Under the pieces are notes generated by a model. The model had not been told where the DNA came from. It worked only from the letters and a program-made list of their open reading frames with translations, and searched no databases. Both the position numbers and the translations under genes were made by a program. Positions 1 through 12,000 of a DNA stretch of 64,000 nt are shown here, in pieces. Numbering within the stretch: the stretch's first letter is position 1; each line of letters opens with the position of its first letter. Origin of the DNA: an uncultured virus (IMG/VR IMGVR_UViG_3300030104_004432) (lineage: Duplodnaviria > Heunggongvirae > Uroviricota > Caudoviricetes); the IMG/VR virus record IMGVR_UViG_3300030104_004432; one strand, written 5' to 3'.

Positions 1-11
1 AATTAGTTCTT

Positions 12-395
12 ATGGATAAGGATCTTGCAGCAGGTTGGTACTGTACCGAAGATGGTAAGACTACTTCTGTAGCACATTGGTTAGAAGAGGATGATTTTCG
101 TAACAACGGTGGAGTGATGAATCACGAAACTATCGAAAGTATATCCAAGAGACGCAAACCATTTACAGTAGACTATACAGGTTTCGGATGGTTATTAATT
201 AAGAATGGAGTATTCGAGCACGATGGAATGCCTTATCCATGGTTTGCACCTAAGATGCAGGTATTCGAAAGTGGAGAAGTACAGGACATGTGTGGAGAGG
301 ACGTTTCTTTCTGTCTCGATGCTAAGGAAGCAGGATTTGAAATATGGTGCGATCCTCGTGTAAGAGTAGGGCATGAAAAGCAAAGAGTCATATAG
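12..395 (+). CDS. Glycosyltransferase-like protein, C-terminal part (probably truncated at window start)
   Basis: GT-A fold C-terminal motifs: 'VDYTGFGWLLIK..VFE', 'GEDVSFC', 'IWCDP.VRVGH'. Confidence 0.7.
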   Translation: MDKDLAAGWYCTEDGKTTSVAHWLEEDDFRNNGGVMNHETIESISKRRKPFTVDYTGFGWLLIKNGVFEHDGMPYPWFAPKMQVFESGEVQDMCGEDVSFCLDAKEAGFEIWCDPRVRVGHEKQRVI

Positions 396-540
396 TATAT
401 TTCGAGATGGTATAGAAGTATTCTCCAATCTTACTGAGGTAGAATACTTCGAACGTATGCAGGATTATGCAATTGAATTTTACCAGACTGGGCATCCCAC
501 CCAGGACGAATTGAAAACTATTATTAACACGGAGGATTAA
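373..540 (+). CDS. Small hypothetical protein (55 aa, MKSKESYSIFRDG...INTED)
   Basis: Manually translated ORF filling the gap; its TAA overlaps the next ATG (TAATG). Confidence 0.6.
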   Translation: MKSKESYSIFRDGIEVFSNLTEVEYFERMQDYAIEFYQTGHPTQDELKTIINTED

Positions 541-686
541 TGGCAAAGGCAAAAACAGGACTATCAGGTGCTGATACTATAGAGGCAACACCGAAGAAGT
601 CTCGACAAGGAAGGGGCAAACACTCGAAATACTCAGCAACGTCCCGTAACTCGGCTCGCAAAAGATACAGAGGACAAGGACACTAA
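540..686 (+). CDS. Small basic hypothetical protein (48 aa, MAKAKTG...RKRYRGQGH)
   Basis: Manually translated; GGAGG RBS just upstream; followed by a terminator. Confidence 0.7.
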   Translation: MAKAKTGLSGADTIEATPKKSRQGRGKHSKYSATSRNSARKRYRGQGH

Positions 687-690
687 TAAG

Positions 691-713
691 AGACCCCAAC
701 AGGGGTCTTTTTT
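691..713 (+). terminator. Rho-independent terminator
   Basis: AGACCCC-aaca-GGGGTCT followed by a T run. Confidence 0.85.
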
Positions 714-731
714 ATTTTGTCATGAATCTAG

Positions 732-739
732 TATAAATA
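732..739 (+). promoter_or_regulatory. T4-type late promoter (TATAAATA) for the baseplate operon
   Basis: Exact gp55 consensus, intergenic, just upstream of g25. Confidence 0.85.
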
Positions 740-755
740 AATAAAAACTTTGTAT

Positions 756-1157
756 ATGGCCATTACAAGGATATCAAGATCGTTTAAAGATATTAGTCTG
801 TCTTTTAAACCACATCCAGTGACAAAAGATCTTCCTATATTAAAAAATGAGAGTGCGATTCGTAGATCGGTAAGGAATATTGTGGAAACAATTCCAACTG
901 AGAAGTTTTTTGATTCTGATTTTGGGTCTGACGTATATAAAAGTTTATTTGACTTTGTTGATTTTGGTACTGCATCTATTATACAGGATCAAATTAAGAC
1001 ATCCATTAGTAATTTTGAACCCAGAGTGAATAATGTAGATGTGGGAGTAAATCCACAACCTGATGATAATTCATTCGAGTGTACAATTATATTTGATATC
1101 ATTGGTCAAGAATTTCCTACACAGGAATATTCATTCATATTAGAAGCAACAAGATAA
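756..1157 (+). CDS. g25: Baseplate wedge subunit gp25
   Basis: 'FKDISLSF.PHPVT.DL', 'NIVET...E..F...FGS', 'NFEPRV' gp25/GPW motifs; upstream of g6; ATG at 756 preferred over TTG at 750. Confidence 0.9.
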   Translation: MAITRISRSFKDISLSFKPHPVTKDLPILKNESAIRRSVRNIVETIPTEKFFDSDFGSDVYKSLFDFVDFGTASIIQDQIKTSISNFEPRVNNVDVGVNPQPDDNSFECTIIFDIIGQEFPTQEYSFILEATR

Positions 1158-1161
1158 TCAC

Positions 1162-3075
1162 ATGGCTCTTACCAAATTTTCAAACCTAGATTTCGATCAG
1201 ATAAAAACATCCATTAAGGATTATCTTAGGTCAAACTCAAACTTCACTGATTTTGATTTTGAAGGGTCTAATTTCTCTGTTTTAATTGATACACTTGCAT
1301 ATAATACCTATATCACTGCATTTAACTCTAATTTAATCGTTAATGAGTCGTTTTTGGACTCTGCAACGGTTAGAGAGAACGTTGTGTCCCTTTCTAGCAA
1401 CATTGGGTACACACCCCGTTCTAGGACTGCTGCGGTGGCACAGATAGATTTGGAGTTAACAATACCTGATACAGACGTTACGACAGTATCTGCACTCACT
1501 TTACAACCAGGATTAATTTGTACAGGAAATGTATCAGATTCATCGTACCTATTTTCAATAGTAGACAAAATTACGACGAGAATATCTGGCAATGTTGCCA
1601 AATTTGAGGGAATAAATGTCTATCAAGGGACATTTTTGAAGAAAAAGTTTGAGTATGATGGATCATTAGATCAAAGATTCATCTTAAATAACCAAAATAT
1701 CGATACATCGAAGATAAGAGTGTATATTAGTGATGATTCTGCGGAAATTGGTATTGAATATACGGCAGTAGACAACATTATTAACATTGATTCCAACTCA
1801 AGAATATTCTTTGTACGTGAAGTACAGGATGAAAGGTATGAAATCAGGTTTGGTGATGGTATTTTTGGTAAAAAACTAGGAGATTATGCTGGATCTGATG
1901 GTAAATACATCACTATCCATTATATGACCACTGATGGAATGGAAGGTAATGGTGCACAAGCATTTACATACGCAGGAATAGTCAATAATCAGAATGATGT
2001 ACCCCAAAATTTAACAAAAGTTAGTTTAACTAAGAAAATAAACTCCCAAAATGGGTCAAATATTGAAAATATCGACTCAATTAGGTATTATTCACCATTA
2101 ATATACTCTTCACAGAATCGTGCTGTAACTGCAAGGGATTATGAGGCAATTATTAAGAAAATATACCCAAATACGGAGTCAGTTTCTGTAATTGGTGGTG
2201 AAGAATTGGATCCACCAGAGTTTGGAACAGTTAAAATAAGCATTAAACCAACAAATGGTAGTTATGTATCTGATTTTTCTAAGTCAAATATACTATCAAA
2301 GTTAAAACAGTACTCTGTATCTGGAATTAATCAGTCTATTGTGGACTTAAAAATATTATATGTCGAAATTGATTCAAGTGTTTACTACAATGATGCTTTT
2401 ATATCTGAACCAAATACATTAAAAACGAACATATTAAATACATTAACTGAATATTCCGAGTCAATCAATTTAAATAAATTTGGTGGTAGATTTAAGTATA
2501 GTAAGGTTCTACAAACGATTGATGATACTGATCAAGCAATAACATCAAACATCACTAAAGTAAGGATTAGAAGGGATTTAAAGGCATATATAAACGAATT
2601 TGCACAATATGAACTATGCTTTGGTAATCAATTCCATGTAGATTCGGGAGGATTTAATATTAAATCCACTGGGTTTAAGATTCCAGGAGAAAAATCTACA
2701 GTATATTTGACAGATGTACCTAAAGAAGATCGTAAAACTGGAACACTAGCAATTATAAAACCAATAAATGATACTGAATCAAGAGTTATTGTTGGTGATG
2801 CTGGTACAGTTGATTATATTAAAGGTGAAGTTATTCTAACTACTGTCAAAATAGTCTCAACAACTAAACCTGATAGTATTATTGAAATACAAGCCTTTCC
2901 AGAATCTAATGATGTTGTAGGATTGAAGGATTTATACATCTCATTTAGCATATCTGAAAGTACAATAAATATGGTAAGAGATGTTATTGCATCTGGAGAC
3001 GAAATTTCTGGGGTTAAATTCACCAAAGATTTCTATACATCAAGTTATTCTAACGGGAAAATAACAAGAGAGTAG
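1162..3075 (+). CDS. g6: Baseplate wedge subunit gp6
   Basis: 'LDFDQIK..IKDYL...FTDFDFEGS', 'NESFLDSA..R..VVS', 'FGDGIFGK', 'QNRAVT..DY'. Confidence 0.95.
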   Translation: MALTKFSNLDFDQIKTSIKDYLRSNSNFTDFDFEGSNFSVLIDTLAYNTYITAFNSNLIVNESFLDSATVRENVVSLSSNIGYTPRSRTAAVAQIDLELTIPDTDVTTVSALTLQPGLICTGNVSDSSYLFSIVDKITTRISGNVAKFEGINVYQGTFLKKKFEYDGSLDQRFILNNQNIDTSKIRVYISDDSAEIGIEYTAVDNIINIDSNSRIFFVREVQDERYEIRFGDGIFGKKLGDYAGSDGKYITIHYMTTDGMEGNGAQAFTYAGIVNNQNDVPQNLTKVSLTKKINSQNGSNIENIDSIRYYSPLIYSSQNRAVTARDYEAIIKKIYPNTESVSVIGGEELDPPEFGTVKISIKPTNGSYVSDFSKSNILSKLKQYSVSGINQSIVDLKILYVEIDSSVYYNDAFISEPNTLKTNILNTLTEYSESINLNKFGGRFKYSKVLQTIDDTDQAITSNITKVRIRRDLKAYINEFAQYELCFGNQFHVDSGGFNIKSTGFKIPGEKSTVYLTDVPKEDRKTGTLAIIKPINDTESRVIVGDAGTVDYIKGEVILTTVKIVSTTKPDSIIEIQAFPESNDVVGLKDLYISFSISESTINMVRDVIASGDEISGVKFTKDFYTSSYSNGKITRE

Positions 3076-3076
3076 T

Positions 3077-6000
3077 ATGATACAAACAGGATTTGAAAGT
3101 AGAGTAAAGATTCAAGATATTATATCGAATCAACTTCCAAATTATATTTTGGATGAGAGTCCTCTTACGTCTGATTTTCTTAAACAATATTATATTTCAC
3201 AAGAATATCAAAGTGGTGCTGTTGATCTTGCAGATAATTTAGATCAATATTTAAGACTTGATAACTTGACTCCTGATGTTGTAGTAGATTCTACAACACT
3301 ATCAGAAAAAATTAGTAGTACAGATACAACAATAACCGTATCCAATACAAAAGGATTCCCAAATACTTACGGTTTATTAAAAATTGATAATGAGATTATT
3401 ACATATACAGATAAAACATCTACAACATTTACTGGATGTGAACGTGGTTTTAGTGGTATTACTAGTTATCATCAAGATTTGAATGAAGAAGATCTTGTAT
3501 TTTCTACTTCTAATGCTGCAGAACATGAGAAAGATGCAAATATTCAGAATTTAAGTTCTTTATTTCTTAAAGAATTTTATAAGAAAACAAAGAAAACTTT
3601 TACTCCAGGATTAGAAAATATTAATTTTGATCCTGAAGTTGATGCTGGTAATTTTATAAGAGAAGCAAGATCACTTTATCAAACTAAAGGAACAAATGAA
3701 TCATTTAGAATATTATTTAATGTTCTTTATAATGAAACTCCCAATATTTTAAATTTAGAAGATAACTTAATTAAACCTTCTACTGCAAGATATGTTAAGA
3801 GAAGAATTGCGATAGGACAAATAATTAGTGGTAATCCTTTAAAATTAAAAGGACAATCTGTATTTAAAAGTAATTTAAACACTGATATTAATATTTCTGT
3901 ATCGGAAGTTGAACCATTTACTAGGATTGGTATAGGAACTTATTATAGCTTTGGGTTGTTCATTGATAATAGTGGATCTAATGAGATTTCAAATACATTT
4001 GATATTATCCCAAATACAAAGGTAATCGGAGATATACCTATCAATTCTTCTGTTATTACTGTAGATTCTACAGTTGGATTTAGTACTTCAGGAGTTTTGG
4101 TATCTGGTGATAATAAAATAAATTATACACATAAAACATTAAATCAATTCTTGGGAGTAACTTCCGTTACTTCACCTATTGAAACAATGGATGATATTAG
4201 AAGTGATCAATATTATTATGGTTATGAGAATGGTGATATTAACAAAGAAGTAAGGTTAAGATTTACTGGGGTATTATCTGAATTTACGCAAGATAATACA
4301 TTATCAGTAAATGATGGTGATATTATAGGTGTAAAAAATATAGGAGATAAGGTTAAAAATAATAATAAAAATTATAAAGAAATATTCGCAAATTCTTGGA
4401 TCTATAATACTAGTTCAACAACTAAACTTGAATATTTATCGAATGGAGCAGCATCTGCCAATTTGATGAGTCCAGTGGACAGATCAAGTTTAAAATTTGG
4501 TGATAGAGTAGAATTTATTGATAGCACTAATAAAAAGGTAATCTATCCTACTCCTGGCAAAGCATTTCCATATGTCAGTAAAAAATTACAGAATGGACAA
4601 AAAGGAATTGATTTAGATGAATTAGATGAATTTAAAATCACTGAAAATGATAATTTTTCTTTAAGGAGGAAATTAAAAACAGCAAATAGTTCTTCTACTC
4701 CTATAGAATTTGGTAATGATAAAATAACTTCTGATGTTCAGAATGTTTATTTTGGGGATGATTATGCATATGTTGCAGCAAATTCTTTACCATCTTATAG
4801 TCCCGATGCAACATCTGATAATTCCTTTCCATATAATGAGCAAATAAATGTTAATATTAGATCATCAATATTAAATTTATCTGATGATCCTAATGGGTTA
4901 AATCCAGAGAGTCTTATTGATAATGATCCAATAAAAGCATTATACACTACAATATCATTTACTGAACCTCATTTATTTGAAAATGGTGATAAAATTTATT
5001 ATCAACCAACAAATGCTCCTTTAGTTGGTATAGAAACTGGAATTTATTTTATCAAGAAAATTGATGATAAAGATATCCAATTATATGGATCTAGATCCAG
5101 TATCATAAGTAATCAATACATTCCTGTAGGAAAACCTGTATCTGATGATGGTACTCATAAATTTACATTATATTCACAAAGATCTGGAGAAATCTCTCCT
5201 CAAAAATTACTTAAAAAATTTCCATTAAGTTCCAACATTTATAATGGTGAATCAACACCAACTACTACTGGTGGAACTGGTATGTTGATTAATGGTGTAG
5301 AAATTAATAATTATAAATCATCCCATAAAATGTATTATGGTCCATTAGATGATGTTTTAGTGGTGAATGGTGGTGATAATTTTGACGTAGTAAACCCTCC
5401 AAATATTACTGTACCAAATTTATCTGGTACAACAGCACTTGTACAACCAGTTTTATCAGGTAAAATTGATAAAGTCTTTTTATCTAATCAAGATTATGAT
5501 ATTGAATCTGTAGTTTCTATTGGTATTAGTGGGGGTAATGGAACTGGATATAATTTAGAACCAGTTCTTAAAGTTAGATCTAGAGAAGTTTCATTTAATG
5601 CAAGACCAACAACTTTTGGTGGTGGTATTAATACTACTCCAAATACTAGCAATACTGGTAAAATAACTTTTTTAAGTAATCATAATTTTACTACAGGACA
5701 ATCAGTAAAATATGAATGTTCAACTAGTTCTTTAGTTGGTGTTGGTGTTGGTGGTAATGAGACTCTTGCCAATTTTGGAAATTATTATGCAAGAGTAATG
5801 AATTCTACAACAATTAAACTTTATAATACGTTTGATGATTCTATTTTTGGAAATACTGGAATTAATACAATTCAGTTTAATGGGGAGGGATCTGGAATTC
5901 AGAAATTTACAAGTGATCCAAAAATGACTGTTGATGATATTAGAGTCTTAGATGGTGGAAGAAATTATACAAATAGAAAATTATTAGTTAAACCAACTGG

Positions 6001-9000
6001 AATATCAACCTATACAGATACAATCATCTTTAAAGATCATGGATTTAATAGTGGAGAATTAATATCATATTCTGCTGTAGATGGTAATTCTGCAAAAATA
6101 GAAGGATTGGATACAACTAATATTCAATATTATGTTCTTAAGACAGATGATGATAATTTTAGGTTATGTAATGCTGGTGTTGGAGGAACAAATAGAACAA
6201 ATTATGAAAATAAAAACATTGAATTTTTAGGAAGTACTGGAACTGGTTATCAACAATTTTCTTACCCTGAGATAAAAGGATTTGTGAAAATAATTTCCAC
6301 AACAGGTCAAGAAGCTGATATTCCAATAACCCCATCAGTTAAAGGATCTATAATTGATGTTTATGTATATGAAGGTGGAACAGGATATGGGTCAACAATT
6401 GCTAATAATGAAGTAAATCCACTTATTACAATAAAAACTGGTGTAAATGCGATATTAACTCCATATTTTAATAATGGACGATTATTTAGTGTTGATGTTG
6501 AGTATGGTGGTAAAGATTATTATTCAATACCAGATTTACAAGTTATTGATCCTACTGGAAAGGGTGTTGGTGCAGAATTAAAACCAATTATTGAAAATTT
6601 GAAAATAACAGGTGTTGAAATTTCTAATGCGGGGATTGGATATTCATCATCTTCCACAATTTCAGTTAAGTCTGCAGGACAAAATGCAAAACTTATTCCT
6701 CAAGTAAGATCTCTTACAATTAACAATAAAGTTAAATTTGGTGGTGATAGTCCTTATTATCAATTGGTTGAGACTGATAATAAATTAAAATATGCTGCAT
6801 ATGCATACAATTCTACTTTATTTGACGATGATGGAAATAAATCGTCAGGTATTATTGGATGGGCATATGATGGAAATCCAATATATGGTCCTTATGGTTT
6901 AGGAGATCCTAGTGAAAGTCCATCAGATACTAGTGGATTAGCAAGAAAACTTAAAAGTGGATATGTTTTGAATACTGATAATGTAATTGATAGACCATTA
7001 AAAAGTGATTTTGAGGAAGGATATTTTATTGAAGATTATAAATTTGATAATAGTGGTGATTTGGATAAATTTAATGGTAGATTTGAAAAAAATAAGGAAT
7101 TTCCTAATGGTGTTTATGCATACCATGCAACTATAAATGAGTTTCCATATTTTATAGGTAATGAATATAGGTCATTACCTATAACTGAAAATATTACTAC
7201 TTTTGATCAATCTACGTTCGATTTTAATACTTCTGGTGTATTAAGAAATACTTTGCCATATAAAGTATCAGATAAGTTTGCTGATAATGATTTTATTATT
7301 GAAACAAATGAAATACAAGAACAAGAAATTGAAATTCAATCAGTTTCTAGTGGAAGTATAACTGGATATGATGTATTAAATGTTGGATCTGATTATATAA
7401 CTAACGAAACATTAGAATTTGATGAATCTGGGACTAAAGGAGACTCATTTTCTGCAAAAGTTGGATCTATAAAAGGTAAGGATATTAGTGTTATTGAAAC
7501 TACTGTAGATACATATGATGATTCATTATTAATATGGGGTGAAGATACTCTAGAGTGTTTTATTGAACCAAATCATCCTTTAAAAGATGGTGATAGGGTA
7601 GTTATTTCAGGACTTTCAAGTGATTTGTCTAATATTAATGGATCTTATAAGATTGGAATAACAACATTTTCGTCAACTGCAATATCAACAATATTTTCTT
7701 CACCAACTCCAGGATTTACTACTGAAATTTATGTTTCTGCGATACCAGAATCAATTTCTATTGGAAGTAGTATATTGGTAGGTCCAGAAACTTTAAAAAT
7801 TCTGAATATATTTGGTAATGATAATATTCTTAGAATTGAAAGAGATTCTACTAATAATGCATCAGAATATCCAGCCGGAATAGGTATAACTTATATTACT
7901 AATTCATTCAAAATTAATAAGGAAACTGATTATTTTAATTCTTCAAGAAAGAAAAGTATTTATTTTAATCCTACCAAATCCGTTGGTATTGGTACTACTC
8001 CAGGAACTAATTATGAGGTATCATTTGATTTTGCAGGAAATAGTGTTACTAGAAATATTCCAGTAAGGCAACTTTATATTGAAAATCATCCATTTAAGAC
8101 TAATCAAAAAATTTCTTTAACAATACCTTCTGGAAATATTGCAATATCAACTAATAAAGTAGATCCTCCATTTAACATACCAACATCTCTATATGTTGTA
8201 AATAAAGGAATTAATACACTTGGAATAAAAACAGGAATTGGTACTGCTAGTGATGGATATGAATATGAAGAAGTTTATTTCCGTAGTCTTACTAATGCTG
8301 ATACTGATAAGTATTTGTTGCAATCAGATGATATTGTTCAAGTTACATCTAAAGTTCAGAGAATAAAATCAGTAGTTTCTGTATCAACTGTTGGAACATT
8401 TAATTCTGGATATCATGAATTATCAAATGGTGATGATATTATATTGAAAGTTGAACCAAATATTAATTCTGGAATAGGATCAGATACTAATATCGAAGTA
8501 AAACGTGATTTATCATCAGGAAAAATTTTAATTAATCCAATTACCTTTAATGTTGGTGATGTTAATATCAATGATAATACTATTACATTGGGTTCTAAAG
8601 GATTTAATTTAAAAACTGGAGATAAAGTTTTATATTCTGGTAGTGCTGCAGGATTATCTACAGGAAATTACTATGTTTATAAAGTTGATGATAAGATAGT
8701 TAAATTATGTAAAACATATTCTGAAGCAACACAAGAAATACCAAATGTTATTGATATTACAAGTGTAGGTATTTCAGGTCAATCTATTAGTTTAATAAAC
8801 CCTCCTATTAAATACACAAATAATACTAATTTAGTATTTGATCATTCAGATTCTTCTATGAATGGTTATGATTTTAAAGTGTATTATGATCAAGAATTTA
8901 AAAATCCATTTGTTGGAACAGGAAATACTTCATCATTTAACGTTTCTACTACTTCAAATACTACAACTCTCACTTATAGTGATAATTTATCTAAAAAACT

Positions 9001-12000
9001 TTATTATAATATAGAAAAATCAGGATTTATTTCAACTTCTGATACTGATGTTCTAAATTATTCTGAAATATTATCAATTAATAGTGTATATGATGGTGAG
9101 TATATTATTAGTGGTGTTGGGCAAACAAACTTTACTATATTTTTAAATGAAATTCCAGAAAGAACTACATATCAAGCAACTGAATGTGATGTAATAGAAT
9201 ATACAACCAAATCAAAGTCTGCTAAAGGTCCTATTAACAAAATAAAAATCATTTCTGGAGGATCTGGATATAAAAATCTTCCTACTTTTGTTGGTGTTGG
9301 AACTACTTCAACAGGTAAAGATGCATCAATTATATTAAAATCAGATAGTATGGGTAATGTATCTAAAGTTAGATTTATTAATGCTGGATTTGAGTATTCA
9401 TCTGATAAAACTTTAGAACCAATTGCTTATGTATCACCAATAATAGAATTAAAAAATTCAAATAGTGTTGGTATTGTGACTGTAATTTCTGGTGGAGAAA
9501 ATTATCTTAGTGCACCAAAAATTGTTATTATTGATTCTGATACTAAAGAGGTAATTAATAGTGGATTATTAGAAGCAGAATTATTAGATACTTCTATTTT
9601 TGAAGTTAATGTTGCAGAAAAACCTTATGGATTGCCAGAACAAACAGTAACATTAAAAACATCTAATAATACTAATGGTATTACAATTTCACGAGTAGAT
9701 TCACCAGGAACATCAAATGGACCATCAAATCCTAGTGAATTTCTTCTTACTCTTGTTACTCCAACAACTAATTTCGGAACAGCACCATTCAAGTTAAATG
9801 ATGAGATTTTTGTTGAAGGTATTGAAAAATATGGTACTGATGGTACTGGTTGCAATTCAACAGATCTTGGATATGAATTTTTGAAAGTAACCGAAATTAT
9901 TGGTAGTAGTGAAAACCCAAATCCATTTAAATTTAGAGTTAGTGCTGCTGGAATATCTACTGGAGTAGGTGTTGCAGTTACAATACCAACTCAATTTACC
10001 TCAGTAGTTAATAAATCTGATTATCCAACATTTAGTGTTGTACAATCCAAAGAAGACTTTGATATTGGTGAAACTTTAATTGTAAATGATGTAATAACAA
10101 ATATTAAAATAACTCAAAATAATCAAACTTCAGTTAAAGTTAGTGGACTTAATGTAGATGATTTAAGTGTTGATGATGTTATTGTTGGAAATACATCAGG
10201 AAATAAAGGAACAATAAAAAAAATTACTGAAAATAATGGTAAGTATGATGTCGGTTTTTCACATATAAAGGATATTGGTTGGTTTGATGAAATTGGAAAA
10301 TTAAATGATGATACTCAAGTAACACCTAATAATGATTATTATCAGAATTTATCTTATTCGGTACAAAGTTCTATTACCTGGGATAAATTACAAACTCAAG
10401 TAAATAATATTCTTCATACGAGTGGATTGAAAAATTTTGCAGATACTGGAATTACTTCAACATCAAGTATTAGTATTGGGTCTACATCAGAAACAAGTAT
10501 AATACGTGATTATATAAGTGAAAAGAGGGTTGATGAGATTAAAGGTCTTGATTTGGTTAGGGATATTGATATTACAGGTAATGTGGCAAGATTAATAGAA
10601 TTTAAGAATCTAAGACTATCAGATTATATTAGTTGTTTAACTAATGACGTTTTTGTTATTGATAATATTAATAGTCAATTTTCAAATTTAGAAGATAGTG
10701 AAACTTATTATACAGATATAATGGAGATTCCAGCAGATGGAAGATATACTAATTTGTTGGTTAGAATTAGTGATAATAATCGTATTACAGGAATATCAAC
10801 ACAAATTCAATTATCAGAATTGGTTTTGATGAATTCTTATGCATATTCTACAAACAATCAAAATACTTTGTTGGAAAAATATAGAGTATTTAATTCTGAT
10901 GTTGATGGATATGTTTCTATTGAAGAAGATCAATTGGGAAGTTTTATAATTGAAAAAAATGATAATAATATAAATGTTCTCAGATTCTATCCAAAAGATA
11001 AATTTGATACTGATTATAATTTAAAAATTCTTACTGGTAGATTTACTACAGTTAATTCTGGTGTTTCGACAATTAAAGTTGGTTCAATTGATAAAAGTGT
11101 ATTTGTTCAAACAGTTCCTACTGGAAATACTGATTTGATAGTGGAAGTTGGTATTGATAGTATAAGTTCATTGTTTGCAAATAGTCAAATTATTGATGTT
11201 TCAACTGGAGAAATGAATTTTGTTGAATCTTATATAACACAAGATGGACAACATAGTTTTATATCAGAAGCATATAATGATACTAATCCAGTTGCAACTA
11301 GTGATAATAAAATTGGTATTCTAACTTCTACATTATCTGGGAATGTTTTATCACTCAAATATGAAAATAACACATCATCCGATGTAATTATTAAGTCTAA
11401 TGTTGTTGGTTTTGGATCAACTGGATTTATTACACCAGAAGGACATACTGGTGTTGGAACATATAGATTCAAATCGATTGATGAACCAGATGGATATGAA
11501 AGATCTATAATTTATCAAGGAATATCAACTAGTGGTGTTGGAAAAACAACAATTGTTGATATAAGTTCTAATTTATTTGATTCTGCCAAATCTATAGTTG
11601 AAGTTAGTGTAGGATCTTCAAAAGCAGTTCATGAAGTATTATCTGTTCATGACACAAATAATATTTTTGTACAACCAGCAAAATTCATTTCTGGAGTAGT
11701 TTCTCCAATTGGTAATACTGGACTAGGTACTTTTGGTGGTGAATATGAAGGAGGTAATTTAGTTGTTAGTTTCTATCCAGATGATGAAGTTGGTATGACA
11801 ACAGTATCGATATTTAATGAATGTTTATATACTGGGGTTGATGCATTGAATATACCTCAAACTTTATTCTATGGAAATGTTTATAATGAAAAATTAGGAT
11901 ACAAATACTATAATGGTATTAGTGGTGATCGTATTAATAGAAGAGATTTCAAATTAAACACAAATTCTATTCCAATATATGCAAAATCATTTAATCCAAA

